DNA of 62,815 nucleotides, the filler included. It is 5 parts of 5 records of this genome, joined end to end, with 100 filler letters (N's around TTAATTAATTAA, not from the genome) between each part and the next. Parts side by side here need not be neighbours in the genome. Positions count along the whole stretch, not along the records: positions 22,926 to 48,108 come from DRR723986_4162; positions 48,209 to 53,435 come from DRR723986_4165; 3 more parts are not named here. One strand, given 5' to 3'. The notes beneath the pieces were generated by a model that had not been told where the DNA came from, did no database searches, and saw nothing but the letters and a program-made list of their open reading frames with translations. The number at the start of each line of letters is the position of its first letter. Position 1 is the stretch's first letter. Shown here one piece after another: positions 40,110 to 50,655 of the stretch. The position numbers and the translations under genes were made by a program.

Positions 40110-41624
40110 ATGAAACGAATCCCGCTATTACAGACGCTTGTGCATGCGATTGCTTACGGAATGTTCGCACTCCTCCCTCTGGAGGCTATCGCGACCGAGA
40201 CGCACGATGAAACGCAGACGTCCGACTCAACCGTCTCAAGCCCGAACATTATCCTGATTGTCAGTGACGATCAGGGCTACGCTGACCTTGGATGCTACGG
40301 CGGTGGCGAAGCGAAGACACCCAACTTGGACAAATTGGCGAAACGAGGGACGCTACTGACCAATTTCTATGTCTCCTGGCCAGCCTGCACGCCCAGCCGA
40401 GGTTCACTCCTAACCGGACGATATCCGCAGCGGCACGGCGTCTACGACATGATCCGCGACGAAGCCCCTGACTATGGCTACAAATACACGCCCGAGGAGT
40501 ACGCTGTAACGTTTGAACGCATCGGTGGAATGGACACTCGTGAAGTTCTTTTGCCACGCATGCTCAAGCAAGCAGGATATCGGAGTGGGATTTTCGGCAA
40601 ATGGGACCTTGGCGTACAGCGACGATTCCTGCCAAAGGCCCGTGGCTTCGATGACTTCTACGGCTTCGTCAATACAGGAATCGATTACTTCACCCACGAA
40701 CGTTACGGCGTTCCAAGCATGTATCGCGGAAACAACCCAACTGAAGAAGACAAGGGCACCTATTGCACAAAGCTGTTCCTGAGGGAGTCACTGCGATTCT
40801 TGGATGAATGCAATACTGGTGGCGATGCGGCGCGGCCATTCTTTCTATATGTTCCGTTCAACGCTCCACACAATGCGTCAAATCTCGATCCAACGATTCG
40901 TTCAGGAGCCCAGGGGACCGATGAATTCAAGAGCCTGTATCCCGACCTCCAATCCAAAGCCGGTCTGGTCGCAGGGAAGAAATATGGCAAGCCGGCCACA
41001 GTTCGCAATAGGGAATCACGTCGTTTGGAGTATCTAGCGTCAGTCACCGAGATGGATGCCGCGATAGGGGAGCTGCTACTGAAGGTCGACCAGATGGGCA
41101 AGACCCAAGAAACTATCGTCGTATTCTTGAGTGATAATGGCGGCGGAGGTGCAGCGAACAACGCACCGCTGCGCGGCCGCAAGGCCCAACTATGGGAAGG
41201 CGGCATTCGTGTTCCTGCTATCGTCGCATATCCCGGCATCATCCCTGAAGGAGCAACGAACGACGGCTTTTGCACTGCAATGGATCTACTTCCGACTCTT
41301 TGCCGTTGGTGCTCCGTAAGTACACCCGCCAACGTTAAGCTCGACGGAATTGACATCACCGGAATGCTCAGCGGTCAAGAAGCTAGTCCACGAAAGCAGA
41401 TGTTCTGGAAGAGGCGTTCTGACAAGGCTGCTAGGATCGGAAACTGGAAGTGGCTGGAGAGCGCATCGGGAAGCGGTCTATTCAATCTCGAAACCGACAT
41501 CGGAGAAAAGAAAGATCTCAGCGCGACTCACCCCGAAAAGCTTGAACAGATGCGCTCAGCCTTCAACGCCTGGGAATCTGAGATGGATGCAGCAGATCCG
41601 CGCGGACCATTTCGCGACTTCTGA
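40110..41624 (+). CDS. Secreted formylglycine-dependent sulfatase (S1)
   Basis: PNIILIVSDDQG, CTPSRGSLLTGR, GKWDLG, SDNGG, WEGGIRVP. Confidence 0.95.
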   Translation: MKRIPLLQTLVHAIAYGMFALLPLEAIATETHDETQTSDSTVSSPNIILIVSDDQGYADLGCYGGGEAKTPNLDKLAKRGTLLTNFYVSWPACTPSRGSLLTGRYPQRHGVYDMIRDEAPDYGYKYTPEEYAVTFERIGGMDTREVLLPRMLKQAGYRSGIFGKWDLGVQRRFLPKARGFDDFYGFVNTGIDYFTHERYGVPSMYRGNNPTEEDKGTYCTKLFLRESLRFLDECNTGGDAARPFFLYVPFNAPHNASNLDPTIRSGAQGTDEFKSLYPDLQSKAGLVAGKKYGKPATVRNRESRRLEYLASVTEMDAAIGELLLKVDQMGKTQETIVVFLSDNGGGGAANNAPLRGRKAQLWEGGIRVPAIVAYPGIIPEGATNDGFCTAMDLLPTLCRWCSVSTPANVKLDGIDITGMLSGQEASPRKQMFWKRRSDKAARIGNWKWLESASGSGLFNLETDIGEKKDLSATHPEKLEQMRSAFNAWESEMDAADPRGPFRDF

Positions 41625-41671
41625 GTTTGGCAGGCCCTTAGTTTCGCCAATATTGCAATGAAGTTAGGTCA

Positions 41672-42043
41672 TTAGTAAAGCGAAAAAATGAGCGCTATCA
41701 CCGATGGCATTGTATACACCGGGATAACTGCCATAGAGCACAACACAACCGGCCGCGGCACAACGCGATACCCTGTTATCGCAACTAGCGCGCAAAAGAA
41801 TGAGAAGAGCAGGAACGTGCAGGCTGGCATGAAAGCGAAGTACGATTCGGGCCCCTTGTTTTCGTCGTAGAACGCGATGATGGACGCGGGAACGTATGCA
41901 ATTGCAGTAAAAGCCAAATGAATGACGCAAAGACAGCCGTTGACTAAACGAACCTTGACCAAGGCCTGCGGCAGTTGGCGATCGGTGTCGCGATGTGAAT
42001 CCGAATTTTCTACCTGTGATATGTGATAGGGAGAATTGTCCAT
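41672..42043 (-). CDS. Hypothetical membrane protein
   Basis: MDNSPY N-terminus (NPY-like), 3 hydrophobic helices, GGAGG RBS. Confidence 0.6.
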   Translation of the reverse strand: MDNSPYHISQVENSDSHRDTDRQLPQALVKVRLVNGCLCVIHLAFTAIAYVPASIIAFYDENKGPESYFAFMPACTFLLFSFFCALVAITGYRVVPRPVVLCSMAVIPVYTMPSVIALIFSLY

Positions 42044-42096
42044 AAGCTCATGCACCTCCCTGGTTACGATCGACAAGCGGATGAGCTTTGTTCGGT

Positions 42097-44259
42097 TTAC
42101 TCACCATCTCTGCGCCCTAGGCTTCGATAGTGCTCTATAGCTATCTCGTAGATTTGCGGATCAAATCCATACACCGGAAAGAGCGGATGATGAGCTAGTT
42201 GGTGCTCGCCAATGCACTTCGCGAGCGCTTCGTCATTTGACTCAAATGCGAAGTTCAGGATCTTCGTAACGCTGTCTAGATTCAGCGTTCGCTGCTGTGC
42301 AATTTCTTGAAAACCTGCTGAGAGACGTTTGGCATTCAAGCTTCCTTGTGCAGTCGTAAAACCTGTTCGTAGTAAGGCACAGAGTTGCAGTCCGAACTCT
42401 GCATAGATGCGGTCACGCTGGTCTTCTGGATAGCACTGAACTAGTTCGGCAAGGTACGCATTAACAGCAGCGAGTTGCATTCCTTCGACGGCGTCTCCAC
42501 GGTTCATGAGCTTGTGTATCATCGCATTGTTTGGGTACCCTTCGACCGCGCGTTTTGCCAACTGACTCAGGCGTTCTTGATTTGCGATAACGTCATGGGC
42601 AAGTAACCGGGCTTCGCTCAAGATTGCAAGCAACGAATCTGGAGATTCCCGCTTAAGCTGATCTGCCATTCGATCGAAGTGACCTGCTGAGTACTCGTCG
42701 AAGTACCAATGGCGACGGCGGTACATCTCACCGGCACACTGGCTTGCAAGCGCTAACCTGCTGCCACTACTGAGCCATTCCTGAACCTTGTCGGCAGCAC
42801 CTTGAGCTTGAAACTGGGATTCGTACAGCCAGAACCCAATCAGATCAGACGACCAGGCGAGCAGCTCCTCTCCGGTTAACCCGACCGGTAGCAGTCCTTC
42901 AGTCTCGCCAATCGCTTCATATGTACGGATGATTGGCATTGGATCGTCACTGTTAAGCCCTGATAATAGATTGTCCAGGTGGCACTTTAGAGTCGTATTA
43001 CTCCATCGACGCCGTTTAATCAGATCAATTCGACCAGGGTACCGAATGGCGACAAACTCATGAGAGAGATCACCGCTAAAGCCAATGGGTTTCTCCGTTC
43101 CTAGGCTAATCGGCGCACTGCGACCCCAATAGTGCATGCCTGAGTCTTGAAGGGCATACTGCCAGCTCCCATTTAGATAAACACGGTTAAGCATCAAAGC
43201 CCATTGGAACCTGCTGAGCAGGTGAGCGATCGAAAGATCAACATTCTCAACGTGCATGAGAAATTCGTAATCTCCGTGGCTGCGATTCGGCTCAGAGATT
43301 GTCCTGTCATCGATCAATACTTTACCGTTCCAAAATGCGGTATTTCTGACACCGGCTCCAACCTCAAGATCGCGTTGCTGGCCCATCCCTTGTAAATCTT
43401 GAGCCCACGGTTCGTCTTCTGTCAACGTACAGTGGAAACAAGCACCCTCAAAAACAACCGTAGAGACGCTGCCGGTTTCGTTCGTTGCTACGGTCTTGAT
43501 TTCGCCAAGGGCCAACCTCTGAGTCTCATCTCGATTTGGGAACGCAGATTTCTTTTCAATGAGGTTCTCGTCGAGCAATACAACGCGCCGATCACTTTGC
43601 CCAACAAGTACATACCCCGTGTGTCTGGCGAAGTCAGATGCCAACACATCGGAAGCAACCGGCCGCCACTCCCTTAAGACGTTGCCTGTCGAGCTGTCGA
43701 TTTTGAGCACAGAATCCTTCAGGACAAGCGTTAGCGTTCTCCCGTCGTTGGCCAAATAGATCGCCTGGAAATCACTTGTTGGCAGTTTGACATTCTGACT
43801 CTTCGGCTCTCCTTCAATGTTCAAGATCGCAACTTCAGAGCCAACAACCAGGATATAGTTGCCATTGCTAGTCATCTGACAGTGGCGAACGTCATTTGCT
43901 ATTGGAAACGACGCCACAGGCGAAGCTTTTTGTGGAGTACGTTCACGGAGCCTGACGTACTCAAAGGAATCAAGCTCGCCCGGCACCTCCGATGGAGCGA
44001 GTGGATTATCAGGTGGGACATAATCCGGCCGCTTCAAGTTTCGAGTCACTAGAGCGCGATCGACCTCACCAAAGTACGTCCACCGTGATGGAGCGTCGAC
44101 GCTAAAGATTCCACCAGCAGCATCCCAATTGCAACCACCCCGGCTGTCATCTAGCCAAGACTCGCTGGTTGGTATGTCGGGCATGGTCGCTGCAGGTATA
44201 TCTCCGCAACCTGCTATACAGCCGAAAATTAGGCTTGCGAGGAGTAGATGTCTGTTCAT
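42097..44259 (-). CDS. Large hypothetical lipoprotein (beta-propeller-like N-half, helical C-half)
   Basis: Lipobox-like IAGC at residue 18; 720-aa uninterrupted ORF. Confidence 0.7.
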   Translation of the reverse strand: MNRHLLLASLIFGCIAGCGDIPAATMPDIPTSESWLDDSRGGCNWDAAGGIFSVDAPSRWTYFGEVDRALVTRNLKRPDYVPPDNPLAPSEVPGELDSFEYVRLRERTPQKASPVASFPIANDVRHCQMTSNGNYILVVGSEVAILNIEGEPKSQNVKLPTSDFQAIYLANDGRTLTLVLKDSVLKIDSSTGNVLREWRPVASDVLASDFARHTGYVLVGQSDRRVVLLDENLIEKKSAFPNRDETQRLALGEIKTVATNETGSVSTVVFEGACFHCTLTEDEPWAQDLQGMGQQRDLEVGAGVRNTAFWNGKVLIDDRTISEPNRSHGDYEFLMHVENVDLSIAHLLSRFQWALMLNRVYLNGSWQYALQDSGMHYWGRSAPISLGTEKPIGFSGDLSHEFVAIRYPGRIDLIKRRRWSNTTLKCHLDNLLSGLNSDDPMPIIRTYEAIGETEGLLPVGLTGEELLAWSSDLIGFWLYESQFQAQGAADKVQEWLSSGSRLALASQCAGEMYRRRHWYFDEYSAGHFDRMADQLKRESPDSLLAILSEARLLAHDVIANQERLSQLAKRAVEGYPNNAMIHKLMNRGDAVEGMQLAAVNAYLAELVQCYPEDQRDRIYAEFGLQLCALLRTGFTTAQGSLNAKRLSAGFQEIAQQRTLNLDSVTKILNFAFESNDEALAKCIGEHQLAHHPLFPVYGFDPQIYEIAIEHYRSLGRRDGE

Positions 44260-44320
44260 TGCATTGAAATCTAGATTTCGAGGCTTGCGTTCGGATTATC
44301 CAATTGTCGCGTTGTCGAAC

Positions 44321-47300
44321 TCAAAATTCTTCAATCTTGCGGCGTACCTTGAGCTGTTCGCCGATTTGGTAGCCGAGCCACTCCCATGGTGAGAAGAAGA
44401 TGGACGGCCCCGCGTAGTAACCATTTCCGTACTCGGCACCACCGTACGTTCCAGCCGCGTAAGTTGTTGAATCAAGTACAATGCTCTGTTCGTATGGGCC
44501 AGCGTACTCCAGAGTCTCGGTATAGAACGAGGGGTAGTCTACTAGACTGCTTTGACGCAACTGCATGTTCGTCATCATAACCTGGTTGGCTAGCAGTTCT
44601 CTCGCTTCTTGGGCGAGCGATGGATCGAATAGTTCAGGATCAATGTCACCGGCCAAGGGCAACTCTGAGTCGTCGTTATATGCCCGCTGCACTACACTCT
44701 CCATTGCGCGATCGAGAAGCTGATTGGATGGCCCGTCCAAGTCTACATATCGATTCTCGACAATCCAGTCGAGCGACCTTGGATCAATATTTGCACCGGA
44801 GAGATCGATTGCTTCAATTGATCGCACTAGACCGTTCAAGGAGACTCTACCCTCTACGTCCCGTGCGACTAGCCGTTTTAGAGTGTCGGTGATGGTTCTG
44901 GACAAATGCTCAACCGCGTCTTGTTCAAGAGGGCTTTCGGAGATATCAAGTGTCTCCAATTGGTCTAGACCGCCGATTAGGATTGCCAGGTCTAAGTCCA
45001 GCCTCGCGCCACCGATCCCGAGCTGCTTCAGCGTGTTTTTCTTTCCGGCGAGCTGCGACTAATCTCCCTTTACCGCGTCAGTGCCGCTTACAAAAAGGGA
45101 GTCGAGATCCAATGAATTGAAAATCTTTGGCAAGCTCTCAGAGGTAATGTCGGTGTGGCGCAGGTCCAACCGCTTCAGTTTGCTGAGTCGTGGTATTACC
45201 CGCTCTACGAACCTGTCGGTCACGTTGCATCCGTAAAGCATCAGTTCCTCCAGCTCCGTTGCTTGCTGTATCGCAAACAACGCTTCTTCATTCAGTTCAC
45301 AGTATGCAAGCGAGAGGCGCCTCAACGGTCTGCAACTGACAACTTCATTGAGCAAGTCTTCGTCAACGATAGGCCCACCTCCAGCGAAGTACTCAAGATC
45401 CCGGAATCCCGATAATCGGGAGCCGGCGGGTAATGGCACTCTGAAGCTGATTCCACGCAGCGCAGGTACGTTGATCAGCTCGCACTCTTGGACTCCCGGA
45501 ACAAGATCGATTCGGTTGCGAAAACGTGGCAAGTTCTGAAGGCTAACTTTTCTTAGCGAAGGCAGTACGGGATACTGCGCGGAGAACAAGACCGCTTCCA
45601 GTCGCTCGTTGTCATGAATCGAAAGCTCTTCGACTGTCAAATCGTTGATGAGGCAGTAGGAGAGGTTCGGCGAAGTTGAGATCAGATGGGAGTGCAGTTT
45701 GGAAGATACTGGCATCCGCTGAAAGCTCATGTATTCCAGCCCAGACGCGCCACTCAACGTGAGTAGTTCGTCCTCCGCGATGCAGCCGATGAAGTTCAGT
45801 GTTAATATCGACGGCGCCTTCTTCCATGAATCAAATGTAAGACCACGGAAATCGCAGTTCTCGAGTGTAACTACGCGTGCTTCGAGAGCGGCGATGCCAT
45901 CAAGAACACTCTGTCTTTCGCGTGTGCTACGCACGTCTTCGGCAATTGAGTCACCGAACGTACGGTTTCGAATGCCAAGTGAAAGCTGTGGAGAACCTTG
46001 AGTTTTGATTTCGAGCAAGTCGCAAGCGAAGAGATTGATTCCTGACAGCTTTGGGAGATTTGCGCCATGGAAGCGCGAAATTGCCAAGTCACTAGGCGCT
46101 TCCTCAAGTGCGCTTACGCGAGTTTCGACCTGCGAATAGAACGGTTCGATGGAGGCCAGTTCAGGCAGGTTGTTTAGATCCAGCTCAAACGTTTGAAGCA
46201 CGTCCAACTCAATAGACTGAAGCTGTGGCATATCATGCAATTTCAGTACCAAAGGCGCTTCATTCTTTAGAACATCATCCTCGTAGCACCGGAGTGTCCT
46301 GAGCCTCGGCCAACCCACCAGGTCGCACTTGGTATTCTCACCTGGATCAGGATGGGGAATGCCTAAAGTCTCGATCGACTTCTTCAGTTCCAAATCATCC
46401 AACCGCCGCAGGTCAACGCCCGTCTTTACTAGATCCAAAGACGTCAATCTGGGAGCCTCGCCAAGTGCGACAAGCCCATCTATGGAGATATTTGTGCGCT
46501 TGAGGTGCAGATGCTGCAATCGGCCCGAAGCCCCCGCGATAGATGCCACGTTTTGTGCACTGAGTTTGCGTCCCGCAATTTCCAGTCGCGACAACATTGG
46601 ATTGAGAAGAGCCACATCGATCAGCTCCGGTGGATAGTCGCCTCCCCTTAGTGTCAGACTCTGTAGCATGGGGATCTCGCCTACTTTGCTAACGAGTTCG
46701 GGCGTTGGCGAGTCAAGTGAGATCGACTGAATGGTCTCATACCTCTGGAGCGCAAACCAGGGCACCCAGTTACTAACAACCGCCGGTAGCAAAGTCTGCT
46801 TCTCGATCGCGCCACCCGACGCAAAAACTTCTTGACGGAGGCTCTTGTACTTCTCTGAGGTTCGCCCAAGCTGTTGCCAGTATGCAAAGACTCCGCCTAC
46901 CAATAGCGTTTGGGCCATTAGATCCATCAGAGATAGTCGCCGCTTCGCATCCGCCTTCCAAACCATCATCATCTCATAGGCGAAAACTAAGACAGCGACT
47001 ACCAACCAGCACATAACATTGAACGCTAGAGCGGTAGGCGAAAACGCGGTCTGGTTGGGGGTATTCTCATATTGCGATTGAATACGATAAGTTCTGGGAA
47101 AACCGGCCAGACTGACTGTGGGGAGCCTCGAAAGGCCGCCCTCCAACCGTGTCCCATCGGCGGCGATTGCCATAGACTGCACAGACGCATCTCGGTACTC
47201 GTAGAGCAAATTTGAGACGATGGCAGCAATCAGGACAGCGGAAACAAAAAACAACGTCGATCGAGATATCCGAGGCACGAATATGTTCCATAGAAGGGGC

Positions 47301-47440
47301 AAGATACGGCGGTTGGTTTCGCCGACATGGACTACTAAAATCCTACCCAGATCGTGTGCCATTTTGGGACGCAAGATCGTCCACCACGCATTATTCCCTA
47401 AGAACATCCGGAACCGCCCCCTTCTTCTGGGGTGCGACAT
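44321..47440 (-). pseudogene. Membrane-anchored leucine-rich-repeat protein interrupted by one in-frame TAG (45059-45061)
   Basis: ORFs 45059-47440 and 44321-44959 share a frame; past the TAG the frame stays open and continues LRRs (LKQLGIGGARL, LETLDISESPL); start may be GTG 47278. Confidence 0.75.
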
Positions 47441-48108
47441 CGGTGAGCAGGTGTACGCACATGTGTATCAAGATAGAAAATCTATGCCTACGAACCTGCT
47501 GTCTAATAGTCGAACAAGAAATGTCAAACTGCGACGTAGCAAATCGCGTCACGGGCCGACCGCAATGGACAAGCCAGTGTGACTGAATACATCACACTGG
47601 AAACGTTCTCCTCCGCGTCAGGGACCGGCTCCAGCTTGACAACGACAACTGCAGAGTGAGCAAGCCAGGGCACTCGCTCCGCGATACTTTCCAGGAGGAG
47701 CCTTGAAGAGCCAGTCCGCCAACATGGTCAGAATACTGGTTGCTGCAGCGTGCACTTGTAACAAGTGAAGCCACGATCGTAACGGCCTGTCCTGACACTA
47801 GACAGAATACACTCGACCCCTGAAGAGCTCCTCGGAAACGCCACCATTGTGTGGATTGGAGAGTTCGGCAGCCCCCCCAAGATCAATCCCAACTGGGGAG
47901 CCCAGCGGGCTGTTTTTGCTTCGTGATGCGCCGGACGCCCGACGTGCTGCTCCGAAGCTTCCAAGCTCGAGCAGAGCCAACCAGATTTGACCGGGGTATC
48001 GAACTTCTGTTATTGCTAGAACTACTGGGTAACGTTCCGATGAGCCTTCGTCGATTGCGGCGCAGCGAGCGAATGAGGGTTTCGGCTTTCATAAAGTAGC
48101 ACGGCTCT

Positions 48109-48208
48109 NNNNNNNNNNNNNNNNNNNNNNNNNNNNNNNNNNNNNNNNNNNNTTAATTAATTAANNNNNNNNNNNNNNNNNNNNNNNNNNNNNNNNNNNN
48201 NNNNNNNN
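48109..48208. other. Artificial contig spacer
   Basis: 44 N + TTAATTAATTAA + 44 N. Confidence 0.99.
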
Positions 48209-48247
48209 AATCTCGCCGCGGTTGGCGATCAGGATCTTGTTGAACAT
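48209..48247 (-). CDS. pccA: Propionyl-CoA carboxylase alpha (biotin carboxylase) subunit, first 13 codons
   Basis: Translates MFNKILIANRGEI; downstream of pccB; absent from ORF track. Confidence 0.88.
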
Positions 48248-48373
48248 GCGATGTCCTTTGTCTTGAGGTGTTGAGAACGCAAAACACCGCCCCGAGCCCT
48301 TGGGCCCAAAACGGTGAATCGCGCATATATTGTCAGACCCACAGGGGCCTGGATGTTCGTGACGGGGGTTCCG

Positions 48374-48586
48374 TCAGTTGCAGGTGTTTTGCGTTTCGCA
48401 ATACAGCAGGTTGGCTGCGGCACCGACAGCCGCACCTGCGACCGGGTTTCCGTCAACGACAAGGGCCCCCAAGAGCCCCGCCCCGCCGCCATAAAGCGCC
48501 TGTTCTGTTTGCGTGTCGCCACATGCGGCCAAGCCGATGCAGACCGCCAAAGCAGCTGAGATTTGTTTTGCTCGCACTGTTCCCAT
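48374..48586 (-). CDS. Small glycine-zipper lipoprotein
   Basis: Lipobox LAAC, GGGAGLLGA...AGAAVGAAAN, C-terminal Cys pair; start ATG 48586 or GTG 48577. Confidence 0.75.
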   Translation of the reverse strand: MGTVRAKQISAALAVCIGLAACGDTQTEQALYGGGAGLLGALVVDGNPVAGAAVGAAANLLYCETQNTCN

Positions 48587-48944
48587 CCTTCTGTGTGATC
48601 GGGTTGAAGTGCAGTGATGTGACCCAGTTGGGCCATCGCTCGCAAGCGCCGCGCATCCGCGGTTCCTTGGTGCGCAATCACTCGCCGAGCAATCCGCAAA
48701 GATCGGCGAAAACTTACGCATTTGGGAGAAAAAGGAACGGGCAGAAGAGTGTGAGGCACATATGTCTGCCCGTTCATAGAAGGGGAAGGGACGTTTCCGT
48801 CAGCCACCACAAAAGGCAGATTGATTGCGGCGGCACGGGTCACCGTGCCTGACACAAAGCCGCCCTCCAAGCCCGCGCTATCGCAGGTTTGGAATTGGGC
48901 CGCTTTCTGCCTAATCTGATGATCCATCCGCAAATTCACGCCGA

Positions 48945-49292
48945 TTAGTCCCCGACAATTTCAGGGTAAGAACGGCGGGCGACTTTGACATCGATAACAA
49001 GCAGTGCTTCATAACTTGCGGGATCAAACGGATCCTCGGCCGCGATCACTTCACGTCCAAAAAACCAACTCAGACGCCCGGCATCAAGATTGCCGCGCTC
49101 AAAGGGTTGGTCCCCAAACTGAAACCACAATGCCTCGAAGAAACCGGTGTCGGCTCTGCGATCCGGAGGACGACGGTCGCGAAACCGCTCCCGCGAAGTC
49201 AACGGCGTGATCCCTTTGGGGTTGGGACGACGAATTGTAAATTGAAAGTCTGTTCCGGCCAAACGGCCGGGGAATCCCCGATGCTTTAGCAT
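48945..49292 (-). CDS. Hypothetical protein
   Basis: 115 aa, GGAGG RBS; MLKHRGFPGRL...FERGNLDAGRLSWFFGREV recalled from Roseobacter pcc clusters. Confidence 0.75.
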   Translation of the reverse strand: MLKHRGFPGRLAGTDFQFTIRRPNPKGITPLTSRERFRDRRPPDRRADTGFFEALWFQFGDQPFERGNLDAGRLSWFFGREVIAAEDPFDPASYEALLVIDVKVARRSYPEIVGD

Positions 49293-49379
49293 GGCGCGGC
49301 CTCCCGTTTAAGGTGCGCGGGCCAAATTGCCTGCATCAGAGTGACCGGGACCCACCCAACGGCGGATCCCGATGCACGA

Positions 49380-49523
49380 TTATTTGTATTTACCGGTGAA
49401 AGCCGGTTCAACCGAGATGGGCTCGGGATCAACGATAACGAATTCTTCTTTCGGTGAATTGTCGCACGCAGCAACGACACCGACGAGGGCGAAGGCTGCA
49501 AGGAATTTGATGCTCTTCGACAT
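49380..49523 (-). CDS. 47-aa lipoprotein (below the ORF-track cutoff)
   Basis: AGGAGA RBS; MSKSIKFLAAFALVGVVAA-CDNSPKEEFVIVDPEPISVEPAFTGKYK. Confidence 0.85.
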   Translation of the reverse strand: MSKSIKFLAAFALVGVVAACDNSPKEEFVIVDPEPISVEPAFTGKYK

Positions 49524-49737
49524 CTGTATCTCCTGGTTTGTTGTTCGAAACGAACAAGGGCCGTTCCCCCTGTCTGCCTCAATTTCGAAGTTACGGCAGC
49601 CCCACGGCCACCGCCCGGGATCATAACTGAAATCCCTGCGGAAATATATCCGACAAGGGGCAGGATCTTTGTCTGTGTCTCCAAAGCCTCAAAACCTCTG
49701 TTAGTTGAAGTTCCAGCCGCAACATGTTGTGGCGTCA

Positions 49738-50223
49738 TCAGAACTCCTCCCAGATACAGCGGGCATTTTCCAGCCGATATGCTTCAAAAAACTGCGTTGC
49801 TTCGGGATTACTGTCACCAAAGGACACAGCCCGGTCCGCCAAAGAGATCACCACCCGGCTGGGTTTAAGATCATGCAGAGTCACATATGGGATCGCCAAC
49901 GACGCGCACAGATGATCCATATCGATCGCCGCAACATCATACCCAATCTGCCCCGCCAAGCTGCCAATCCTCGGCGCAACAAAACGGAACCGCACCCACA
50001 GCTCACCCGGATTTTCATCTAGCAGAACATCATTCAGGTGGATTTTTTGCCCCGACGGCACCGGCAGTGACGCCTCGGCCCCTGCGGTCGCAGTGCTCAT
50101 GAATGCCAAACACGACAAGACATATACGCAGCCCCGACCTCGCGCGATGCGAGCTCCTCCTGCCGGGGCTGCTTGCGCTGCGCTTGCGGCGCGCGCTGTT
50201 CTATGTCGCTTGGCGCGGATCAT
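49738..50223 (-). CDS. DUF6497-like protein
   Basis: VPSGQ, RFRFVAPRI, DMDHLC, QFFEAY, CIWEEF; start uncertain. Confidence 0.8.
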   Translation of the reverse strand: MIRAKRHRTARAASAAQAAPAGGARIARGRGCVYVLSCLAFMSTATAGAEASLPVPSGQKIHLNDVLLDENPGELWVRFRFVAPRIGSLAGQIGYDVAAIDMDHLCASLAIPYVTLHDLKPSRVVISLADRAVSFGDSNPEATQFFEAYRLENARCIWEEF

Positions 50224-50618
50224 GGCGCAGTTTCATCCTTCGTGTCAAATTGAGAGGGCGAAATAATCTCAATAAGTTCCATATCGTCGGAATGGCGCAC
50301 CTCACGGTGCTTAATTCCAGGGGGCTGTAGCACACAGGATCCTGTGCTCAGAACCTGTTCGCCCTGCCCTTCGTATTCAAACACAACCCAGCCTTTGGTC
50401 ACGTAAACCATCTGGAAATCCAGATCATGGCTATGCCAGGCTGCCGGGCTTTCCATCCCGGGCACAGCCCGGATCACATGCGCACCGAACTTGCCTTTGG
50501 TGGCATCTTTGATGCCCAGATCACGGTATTCAAAAAAGGCGCGTAACCCCTGCCCCACAAAGGCAGAGTCATCCGCATGCGAAATCGAGAACGCCTGATT
50601 TTTCCAAAGTTGGGACAC
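50220..50618 (-). CDS. Cupin-domain protein
   Basis: GLRAFFEYRDLGI, WHSHDLDFQMVYV, QPPGIKHRE. Confidence 0.88.
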   Translation of the reverse strand: MSQLWKNQAFSISHADDSAFVGQGLRAFFEYRDLGIKDATKGKFGAHVIRAVPGMESPAAWHSHDLDFQMVYVTKGWVVFEYEGQGEQVLSTGSCVLQPPGIKHREVRHSDDMELIEIISPSQFDTKDETAP

Positions 50619-50655
50619 GTGAGCCTTTCCAGTCAGGTAAGAGTTTAGTTAAGTT

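Noticed and set aside
45059-45061. Genome-wide TAG recoding or pyrrolysine
   Set aside because: frr, folE2 and the cytidylyltransferase on the same contig end at TAG at expected lengths; no pyl genes seen
47728-47730. Possible selenocysteine TGA joining two short minus-strand frames
   Set aside because: The joined product resembles no selenoprotein, has no redox motif, and no clear SECIS hairpin follows
48229-48939. 236-aa minus and 194-aa plus ORFs
   Set aside because: They overlap the pccA start region and the small lipoprotein; composition is not protein-like
49286-49738. 150-aa ORF from the track
   Set aside because: Better explained by the nested 47-aa lipoprotein in another frame with a strong RBS and lipobox
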